NCBI GenBank assembly: GCA_951406725.2
Contig: OX597823.1
Location: 7,254,001 to 7,318,000, forward strand
Length of the DNA stretch: 64,000 nt
Direction of reading: 5' to 3'
DNA from: Octopus vulgaris
Taxonomy: Eukaryota
Shown here: piece by piece, positions 53,856-64,000 of the stretch
Numbering within the stretch: the stretch's first letter is position 1
Layout of the letters: every line of letters starts with the position of its first letter
Translations under genes and position numbers: made by a program
The notes under the pieces: generated by a model
Seen by the model: only the letters and a program-made list of their open reading frames with translations
Told to the model about the DNA's origin: nothing
Database searches by the model: none

Positions 53856-54485
53856 ATATATATATATATATAAATATATATATATGTACATACATACACA
53901 CACATATATAACAAAAATAAGAGAAATAACTCTGAGTGACAAATGACATTAATTTGAACAGTCACAGATAAATTATGGTATGTTAAATACCATTAAAATA
54001 AATTTGTGATTTATAGCAATAATTTTCATTTCATTTCAAGAGATGCAATTGTGACTGACCTCAATTAAGAAGAGGAAGAATTTTAAAAACACTCCAGAAC
54101 TGACATACCATTAAAGAAAAGCATCTGTTTTCCTCTGCAGTCAAGAGATCTGTGAATGTGTTTATGTTTCAATAAGTGTTATTAGCATAGTAGTTGTCAT
54201 ACATACACTACTGTAGACATATTAGGCATCAACAAAAAGTGTAAGGAACAAATGGTCCAGAGGAATTTGCAGGATTATATTAAACATGCATTATTTACAA
54301 TTGACGGATATTTGTCCTCATCTAGTTTGTTGTCAACACAACGTTTCGGCTGATATACCCTCCAGTCTTCATCGGGTGTCTTGGGGGAAATTTTGAAGCT
54401 GGGTTCTCATGGCATATGGTGTAGTGGTTAAGATCGCGGGCTACTAACCCCAAGATTCCGAGTTCAATTCCAGGCAGTGACCTGG

Positions 54486-54555
<70 letters not shown>

Positions 54556-54578
54556 TGATAATGATAATAACAATAATA

Positions 54579-54642
<64 letters not shown>

Positions 54643-54653
54643 AAACAATAATA

Positions 54654-54714
<61 letters not shown>

Positions 54715-54725
54715 AAACAATAATA

Positions 54726-54792
<67 letters not shown>

Positions 54793-54803
54793 AAACAATA
54801 ATA

Positions 54804-54858
<55 letters not shown>

Positions 54859-54869
54859 AAACAATAATA

Positions 54870-54921
<52 letters not shown>

Positions 54922-54925
54922 CAAC
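54486..54925. repeat. (AAT)n array with a higher-order unit
   Basis: gataatgataaaaacaataataataatgataatgat recurs four times. Confidence 0.95.
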
Positions 54926-54974
54926 ATCAAAAAATACCTTAGGAATTAGAACCCAGGTTCGAAATTTCCCCAAG

Positions 54975-55019
54975 ACATCTGATGAAAGCTAGAAGGTATA
55001 TCCGCTGAAACATTGTGTT
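54975..55019 (+). ncRNA. type I hammerhead motif (mirror copy at about 54335-54380, minus)
   Basis: Two-copy consensus acac-CTGATGA-a-g(g/a)ctg..cagcc-GAAAC-GTT-gtgt; each copy has a different core substitution. Confidence 0.65.
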
Positions 55020-56139
55020 AACAACAAACAAGATGAGGACAAATATCCGTCAAATGTAAATAATGTAAATAATGCACATAATTCCGCATCTCTTAAATAT
55101 AGAACTGCATATTAAACATGTTCTAAAAGAAATAACACCAAGAGATTACTGGTATGAATTTGGACAACAAAAATATAAAAGTGTTTATTTAACTAATACC
55201 TCTGCCTGTGTACGTGCATGCAAGTATGTGTGTGTGTGTGTGTGAAAAAGGGAGAGAGACAGAATGTGTGTGTGAAAGTTGTGATTTCTACTTCACACAT
55301 GAAATAGTCTGAGTATAAAAAGCATTGTTGTCATGTTCACATTCTTGGTGAACATAACTTACTAAAGCTTGGCTATCTGAGTGGTTGGTATAGTGGTATA
55401 AAATAAATTCCATGTAATCTGGTAAAGTTAGTAAAAAGAAAGTAAAACCCATTTCACAATAAAAATATTGCCCATAAAGAGTGATCTGTAAAAAATTCTG
55501 TTCTTATCCAAATTCCAATGGTGGATGTTTTGTGCTTTTGTTACAGACCACCTCCCTTCTACTTGAAAAAAAAAAAAAAACTAATAAACGAAAAGAAAAA
55601 AACATACATAAATACGTTCATTTATTTCTCTTTTATTCTCTTTTACTTGTTTCAGTTATTTGACTTTGGCCATACTGGAGCACCGCCTTATAAATATATA
55701 TACGTATATAATATAAATATATAAATATATACTATAAATATATACGTATATAATATAAATATATATGTATATAAATATATACACACACACATACATGTGT
55801 GTATGTATATATATATGTGTGTGTGTGTATGTGTGTATGTATATATATATATATAAATATATATGTGTGCGTATGTGTATATATATCCATATGCATATAT
55901 GAATATATATATGTGTGTATATATATGTGGGTGTATATATATATAGGTATATATATATATATATATATGTGTATATATATATGTGTGTGTGTGTGTGTGT
56001 TTACATAAATACATAAATATCCATATATATCCATATACACATATATATATAAATATCTTTAAATATCCATATATATATATCTATATATATGTGTGTGTGT
56101 GGGTGTCTGTGTATGTATATATATGTAAAAATTTATATA

Positions 56140-56375
56140 CAGCTTTTTTATATTCTCCCAAAGAGCCTGAGGAATTTACACAAAGTGGATGTAGATGCTT
56201 TCAAATCAAAACTGGACCTCTTCTTGTCAAGAGCCCCAGATGAACCCACCTCACAGCAAGAGGTGCAAATGAGGGTAGCTATATCAAACTCCATTCTTCA
56301 CCAAGTGCCACATATTAGAGGAGGCTCTCAGTAAAAACAATGTAGCATGGCCACACCTCTGAGCTGAAACTACAA
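56140..56375 (+). mobile_element. CR1-like LINE 3' end
   Basis: QLFYILPKSLRNLHKVDVDAFKSKLDLFLSRAPDEP...SNS parallels the C-terminus of the 61602 ORF (LFNITP...FKKSLDKFLQTVPDKP). Confidence 0.75.
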
Positions 56376-56569
56376 AAAAAAAATTATATACATAAAGATC
56401 CATACACACACACACACACACATAAAAATTCACATATATATATATACACCTACCTACATATATATATATGCATATAGATATATCTACACACAAACACACT
56501 CACATACATATATGAATATTTAATATCATCATCATTTAACATCTGTTGTCCATGCTGACATATGTGTAT

Positions 56570-57020
<451 letters not shown>

Positions 57021-57573
57021 ATGTTAAAACTATTCTGCCTCTTCACTGTTCTTTAAGAAAAGGAAAGATAGTCATTTACGTCTATTGATTTTTTTTAAAT
57101 CTTTTAATTCATGTATACATTTAATGCTAGCCAGAATTTATACATGCATTCAATAGTATACAATAACATGAAAAACGAACACTGATAATGCATCAGTCAT
57201 TCACACACTAGCACATACACAAACACATGCATACATTTTGGCTATTCAAAATTTTATATTATAGCCTACTATAGAATGAATATATAAATGTGGGTAACAA
57301 TACATGCGTAAACTTATTAAAATCGATTAATTAAATACAGTAACTAGTCATATATGAGTATAATTTTTTGTTACAATCACAGCATTGATAGATAAGTGAA
57401 CAGCTAGTTTAAATTTTGTATAAGATTTTACTAGAAAGTCAGGAAATCAGAAAATCAAGGAAATTGCCTGGCAATTAAGGTATTTTTACATTAAATACAA
57501 AGAAATGCCTTTGATTACTAATTTTATTGTATAGTAATATTATTATGCACCTGTATATATATGTTTATATGTA

Positions 57574-57620
<47 letters not shown>

Positions 57621-58165
57621 TCATATATGTATATATAAAGGTATACATATATTAACATGGATATAGAAAAATATGCATAGATATGTGTGTGTGTGTACAC
57701 ACATGCATGCACACACATACAAACATACATGCAATAGATAGATATACCTATATGTACTTCATGAATATACATACATTTATGTCAATACATATAAATATAA
57801 ATATATGTGTAAGTTTTAGATATATATAATTATATCAATATATATACATATATAAATGTATATGTATATATATATATATATATACACACACACAAACACA
57901 CATACATGCATGTGTATATATATATATGTTAGAAGGTTTGGAGATGATGTACAGGTATTTTATATTAGGAGAAATGAGATACTCAGAAATCCGGATGGTT
58001 TTATATTTACAGATATTTATTTGTATATTACATGTTTTTATACATCATATATCATATATCATATATTAGCGCTTTTGTCCATTCTAGTGGACTTTTCAAA
58101 TTGAACTATATATATAGATATATATATGTATGTACTATATGTGCATATATATATATATATATATG

Positions 58166-58225
<60 letters not shown>

Positions 58226-58228
58226 TTA

Positions 58229-58344
58229 TATAGAAGGAGCTTCTACAGGACTAGAACTGTTTCATTCAGATGAAATCTTCAGGAAGCTTCCTGAAGATTT
58301 CATCTGAATGAAACAGTTCTAGTCCTGTAGAAGCTCCTTCTATA
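58229..58344. repeat. perfect 116-bp palindrome with a hammerhead-like core in each arm
   Basis: Centre aggaag|cttcct; CTGAAGA-t-ttca-tc-tgaa-t-GAAAC at 58291-58314. Confidence 0.92.
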
Positions 58345-58442
58345 AAATAAATTAATTTACTCTGCTATGTATTGAGTACCTTATTTACTGTGGTTAACCT
58401 TGACTCAACCCAGGACCTACATATATCAATATATATATATAT

Positions 58443-58482
<40 letters not shown>

Positions 58483-58484
<2 letters not shown>

Positions 58485-58640
58485 CACACCTGGATATGTC
58501 TCCGCAAACAATAACTCTCTGCTCGAATGGGCCTCGGTCCCCAAATCCTTCATTGAAAGACTTCGCCAGGTGGTGCTATTAAGTTAGACATGGCTTGAGT
58601 CAATACTGGCCAAAACCTTTCTAAGTTATTCTAAGTTATA
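58483..58640 (+). mobile_element. short 3' fragment of the CR1 family seen at 61514, in (TA)n
   Basis: TPGYVSANNNSLLEWA and 3' UTR ending ttctaagttattctaagtta. Confidence 0.9.
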
Positions 58641-59201
58641 TATACACATATATATATACTAATATATATACTATATATATATATATATGTACATATATAT
58701 ATATACATATATATTTATATATTTATATATATATGTATACATGTACTTATCTTTTTATCTATCTAAATTGCTGTCCTTGTGCCAAAATTTGAAATCAATG
58801 TATATCTGTGTGTGTGTGTGTGTGTGTGTGCGTGTATCTGTGTGAGTGTGTGTTGAATTTTATACTGTATACATGTATGTTACTATGGTTGTCGTTTTGA
58901 TAAATAAGTAAGTGAACATTTTAATATCCTAAAGCTGATGAACCAACTAATGTGCTTCTCCATTTTCTTATTTGTATTATAAATTAATGGTGAAATATTT
59001 CTTTACCTTCACCCATTTAATACATTAAGTAGGTTTATTGCATTGCAATTAAAAACACTTGTGTATTAATAATTGGGTATTATACAAACAGTATGTTGGA
59101 TCCACAACCCCTAACTTACTTGGTGTTATATATATATATATTTACATTTGTATATCTATATATAATATATATACACATATTTATATATATGTATATATAT
59201 G

Positions 59202-59257
<56 letters not shown>

Positions 59258-59384
59258 CATATATACACACACACACACATATATATATATAAATGTGTGT
59301 ATATATATATATATAATATGTGTGTGTGTATTTGTACATATAATATATATGTATTTATGTATATATATGACAAAAGGAACAAGG

Positions 59385-59625
59385 GTCTTTCCTGAGCTAT
59401 ATACTCATGAGGCCAGTTTCCCAGATTATGCAACATAAATCACTGCACAGGATGGGATGCCATTCCATCACTGGGTAACTCCCTTTTGCCAGCTGAGTGA
59501 ACTGGACGCAATGTGAAATAAAATGCTTTTTCTTCAAGAACAGAACACATCACCCAGTGAAGAAATCGAAACCACAACCTTAAGATCATGCATGCAACAC
59601 CCAAACCACTATGCCATGTCTCCAC
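59385..59625 (-). mobile_element. diverged tRNA-derived SINE (family F; related copy at about 42080-42290, plus)
   Basis: tRNA-like head tggcatagtgg..ggtttcgatt, then ccagttcactcagctggc. Confidence 0.55.
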
Positions 59626-59665
59626 TCATGCACACACACATATCTACACACATATGTATATATCT

Positions 59666-60105
59666 GACAAGGTGCTGAAAAGTTCCTGGCTTTAACCCTT
59701 TAGCGTTCACATTATTCTGCCAAAATTAATGCTTTTTCATCCAAATTGTTTTGAACTTGTCATGCATTATCTTGTAGCTTTGAGATTTTGATGAGGTAGC
59801 TGTTAATTTTTAAAATGATATTGTATGTTGGTGTGAGAGACCAGATCTGGTTAGTTTGAACATGAAACAGGCAGAGTACTTTTGGCTGGATATGGCCTGT
59901 TTAAATGCTAAAGGGTTAAATGTATTGCAAAATGCCTGGTTAGAAGTGCAACATTCTGAGTTCATTTGTAGGGCTTAGGAAAACTGAAGGACTGCTGCAA
60001 TAAATGTGTGAATCCAAGAGGGGAATATGTTGGATAAAATCATAATTTACTGAATCTCCTGTATTTTCTTTTACCCAAAGCCAGAAACTTTTCAGCTCTA
60101 CCTCC
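59666..60105. mobile_element. mariner-like MITE
   Basis: TIRs gctgaaaagttcctggcttt / aaagccagaaacttttcagc. Confidence 0.65.
59696..59915. mobile_element. piggyBac-type MITE nested in the mariner-like MITE
   Basis: TTAA-ccctttagc ... gctaaaggg-TTAA. Confidence 0.8.
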
Positions 60106-60430
60106 TATATAGATCCGTCTATATATTTATATAAATACATATACACATATATATATATATATATATATGTGCAAAAAAACAAATGTGTGCTCAAATGTGA
60201 GTGTGCGATTGTATGTATCATATTCATGATTAAACAATGATGATGATGATATCTATACATACACACACACACACACACACACATATATGCATGTATTTAC
60301 GTATACATATTGTCATTACCATCATTCCCATTTAACATATTTTCCATGCTAGCATATATATATAAATATTTACATACTGACATACACATGCATGTATATA
60401 TACATTCTTAAGATATAGACATAAAAGCAT

Positions 60431-60471
<41 letters not shown>

Positions 60472-60658
60472 CGTGTGTGTGTTTGACTCTCTAGCCACTT
60501 TGACACTGATGTCCATCACAATGGTTCTAAGATTTTAGAACAGAAAAATTCAATAACTGTCTACTATCAGATTACTGGAGCAATTGATAGAGGGATATAG
60601 TTATTTAGTATCGTAACTGCATGTGATGTTTAGAACCATTATTTCAGCTTTTGACCAC

Positions 60659-60699
<41 letters not shown>

Positions 60700-60723
60700 C
60701 TAGATATGTTTGACCAAAGTAGG

Positions 60724-60817
<94 letters not shown>

Positions 60818-61185
60818 ATATATACAGCGGGTGGTGCCCCAGCATGGCCGCGGCCTTCGGGCTAAAACATTTATGTATATATATATATACATATATATAC
60901 ATACACACACACTCATTATATACATATATATGTATACATACATTATATATACACACATATATATTATATATGTACACACACATATATGTATATATACATG
61001 TATATATATATGTATATATATATATTTATATATATATATACATATATATATATATACATGCACATATATACATATTTATATATTTCTACATTTCTACATT
61101 ACTGCATGTACTTTATATGCACTTTCTGACAAGTTGTGGTGCACCTGAGCACTGTATACAATAATTTTATTATATATATATTATA

Positions 61186-61218
<33 letters not shown>

Positions 61219-61323
61219 ATTATTATAAATGAGGGTGAAAAATCGATATTAATTTAATAATACCATTAATTTAACACCAAGTGGCTTAGCACAAAAAACT
61301 ACGGAGAAAATACAAATTTATAC

Positions 61324-61456
61324 ATAAATTATTAGAGAGTTATCCACTATGTGGATAACTCTAGTGCTAAAAATAGCTCCGAAGCAACCACAGCTGTGGT
61401 TGCTTCGGAGCTATTTTAGCACTAGAGTTATCCACATAGTGGATAACTCTCTAATA

Positions 61457-61462
<6 letters not shown>
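61324..61462. repeat. about 139-bp palindrome, no loop, one 1-bp indel
   Basis: Centre accacag|ctgtggt at 61393/61394. Confidence 0.92.
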
Positions 61463-61513
<51 letters not shown>

Positions 61514-61516
<3 letters not shown>

Positions 61517-62948
61517 CTTAGAATAACTTAGAAAGGTTTTTGGCCAGTATTGGCCCAGGCCATGTCTAACTTAATAGCACCACCTGGCGAAGTCTTTCAG
61601 TTCAGGATTTGGGCACCAAGGCCCATTCGAGCAGAGAGTTATTGTTTGCGGAGACATATCCGGGTGTGGATGGTTTGTCCGGTACTGTTTGAAGGAATTT
61701 GTCCAAAGACTTCTTGAATTTTGTGTGGTCAGTTTCTTTTTTGACGTGTCCTGGTGTAATGTTGAAGAGAGCGGGTCCAATTGAGGTGAAATAGTTGTGC
61801 CGTATTGTCGTTATGTGATGCGATTTAGATTTTTGTTGTGGACGGATGGCACGTGGTCCAAGCCTTGGATGCATTTTGAAGGTGATGCCAACATCATTCG
61901 GACAGTGCTGATGGAATATTTTCCACATCATACAGATAATGTAGCGTTCACGGCGTCGTTGGAGTGAATACAATTTCAGCTTCTCTAGTCTACCCCAGTA
62001 GTCAAGGTCTGACATGCCATCTATCTTTTTTGTGATTGACCTTTGGGGAGCTTCAATTCTCATAATATTTTGTTTTGTGTAGGGAGACCACAGTGGACAG
62101 CAGTATTCAAGGTGGGGTCGGGCAAAAGTGGAGAAGAGAAGGATAATAGCGTGGGAATCTCTCGACTGGAAGGTTCTGAGAATCCAGGAACACATTCTGC
62201 GGGCCATGTCAACTTTGCTGCTTATATGTGTAGCCCAGCTTATGTTGTTGTCCACTGTTACTCCCAGGTCTCTGATGTTGTTGGATGCCATGAGAATTTC
62301 TCCAGAAGGAAGAGAGTATGGGAGTTTCAGAGCGTCCTCCCTTCCAAAGTGGATCAGTTCGAATTTGTCTTCATTTAGCAACATGTTATTCTTTTCCGCC
62401 CATTGGACAACAGCTAGTAGGTCTGACTGAAGGTTTATTCGGTCATCCACGCCATTGATGACCTTCTGGAGCTTGGAATCATCAGCGAAGGTTCTGATGT
62501 TGCTGTGTTTGATGGTGTCAGTAATATCATTTATGTAGATGATGAAGAGAAGTGGGCCCAACACAGTGCCTTGTGGGACACCACTGCTGACTTTGGCTGG
62601 GCTGGATTTGACTCCTTCGACTACAACATGTTGGGTTCTGTTAGAGAGGAAGCACTTGATCCATTGCAGCAGCTTTCCAGTGACACCAATATTGGACAGC
62701 TTTCTCAGAAGGATCTTATGATCAACCCTGTCAAAGGCCTTGCTGAAATCAAGGTAGATGACATCAGTGTTGGAACCCTCTCCCAAGGCTCTCAAAATGT
62801 CATCAAAATGATGCAGTAGCTGCGTCAGGCAATCTCTCCCATTACGGAATCCATGCTGGTTGGGGTTCAGCATATTATGACTCTCAAGGAAGTGAGTCAT
62901 ACGCGATCTCAGCACCCTCTCAAATACCTTGATGATATGAGAGGTGAT
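61514..62948 (-). mobile_element. 5'-truncated CR1-clade LINE inserted in (TA)n
   Basis: RT ORF plus short 3' UTR ending (ttctaagtta)2; TA runs on both sides. Confidence 0.9.
61602..62948 (-). CDS. non-LTR retrotransposon reverse transcriptase (ORF2 C-terminal part; uninterrupted but lacking start and endonuclease)
   Basis: QHGFR, YLDFSKAFDRV, GVPQGTVLGPLLFIIYIND, FADD, RDLGV, RPHLEYC...WSP, LYSLQRRR motifs; frame continues upstream as ITSHIIKVFERV to 62948. Confidence 0.9.
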   Translation of the reverse strand: MTSHIIKVFERVLRSRMTHFLESHNMLNPNQHGFRNGRDCLTQLLHHFDDILRALGEGSNTDVIYLDFSKAFDRVDHKILLRKLSNIGVTGKLLQWIKCFLSNRTQHVVVEGVKSSPAKVSSGVPQGTVLGPLLFIIYINDITDTIKHSNIRTFADDSKLQKVINGVDDRINLQSDLLAVVQWAEKNNMLLNEDKFELIHFGREDALKLPYSLPSGEILMASNNIRDLGVTVDNNISWATHISSKVDMARRMCSWILRTFQSRDSHAIILLFSTFARPHLEYCCPLWSPYTKQNIMRIEAPQRSITKKIDGMSDLDYWGRLEKLKLYSLQRRRERYIICMMWKIFHQHCPNDVGITFKMHPRLGPRAIRPQQKSKSHHITTIRHNYFTSIGPALFNITPGHVKKETDHTKFKKSLDKFLQTVPDKPSTPGYVSANNNSLLEWALVPKS

Positions 62949-63272
62949 ATTTATATGTATATATATATATATTTATATATATATATATATTATATATATA
63001 CATATATATATTTACACATACATACATATAAACTTAGATAAACTTAGATATGTTTCGACCAAAGATTGGTCCAGGACATGTCTAACTTAATAGCATATAT
63101 ATATATATATATATCTTATATAAATACATATATACATACATGTATGCATATATATATATATATATATACATATATATACATACACACATACTCATTATAT
63201 ACATATATATGTATACATACATTATATATACACACATATATATTATATATGTACACACACATATATGTATAT

Positions 63273-63311
<39 letters not shown>

Positions 63312-63590
63312 TATACATACATATTTATATATATATGTATATGGCGATATGTAGCACACAAATATATGCATATTTATAAATATATGCATATTTATATATA
63401 TATACCTAAATAAATATAGGGATGGTATTATTAAAATACCATCACAAGTGGTAAGCGAATTATCAGTCGTACAGGCAAATTAATAAAATATGTACATAGA
63501 ATATTAGATATGCACATATAAACACAAGGGTTCTACATGAGTACATGAGTATATATACAGATACATGTACTATATATTCACAAATATACA

Positions 63591-63625
<35 letters not shown>

Positions 63626-64000
63626 GCATATATATATATGTATATAGATACATATATATATATATATACATATATACATAAGTATATACACATATATATA
63701 CAGATGTATATATATATATATATATATATACATATACTTATTTGTGTACATATATGACAATAGACCAAGATGTCTGGTGATACGAAGATCTTGAGTAGAC
63801 CCCACCCATATCAGTAGAACTCATTCCTAGAGGTGCTGTGTGTCCCACCCACACACAAGGAAACGTCTAGCACAACCTACCACAATAAACCAAATTACAT
63901 CTCTTTTCTTCTTCATATTTCCTCCTTCATGCACTCTCCCTACTTCTCACTCTCACAGCCCTCTTTCTCTGTATCATTGTTATCCAGTAACACCCCCTCC

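Larger units (their letters stand above)
54289..55108 (+). mobile_element. composite retroposon (family E): inverted hammerhead repeat + tRNA-derived head + (AAT)n + hammerhead tail
   Basis: 12-bp TSD atattaaacatg (54277-54288, 55109-55120); arms 54289-54410 and 54945-55065; A-box tggtgtagtgg and B-box gagttcaattcc in 54411-54482. Confidence 0.8.

Noticed and set aside
54411-54482. tRNA gene
   Set aside because: A/B boxes and anticodon arm are present, but there is no acceptor stem or Pol III terminator; it is a SINE head. The same applies to the heads of families A, B, D and F
54322-54992. poly-Ile/Leu membrane-like ORFs
   Set aside because: (AAT)n array inside the family E element
62043-62819. 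plus-strand ORFs of 60-111 aa
   Set aside because: Antisense shadows of the CR1 RT frame

Overview
AT-rich eukaryotic, almost entirely non-coding DNA. The repeat inventory points to a coleoid cephalopod, probably Octopus (inference from recognised repeat families, no search run): tRNA-derived SINEs, RTE/CR1/Dong-R4 LINE pieces, Helitrons, mariner/hAT/piggyBac MITEs and very dense (TA)n/(TATG)n/(CA)n/(AAT)n microsatellites. No host gene can be named; only weak micro-exon candidates are seen, and most long ORFs in the track are microsatellite read-throughs. The only intact long coding stretch is a 5'-truncated CR1-type reverse transcriptase (61602-62948, minus). The main unexplained structure is a set of Penelope-like element (PLE) remnants. 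It comprises a decayed GIY-YIG endonuclease, about a dozen type-I hammerhead motifs (three with intact cores and palindromic stem III), several fold-back palindromes sitting in (TA)n, and a TSD-bounded composite retroposon at 54289-55108 (inverted hammerhead repeat + tRNA-derived Pol III head + (AAT)n + hammerhead tail) that looks like a SINE mobilised by Penelope machinery. All alignments and folds were done by eye; approximate boundaries may be off by several bases.
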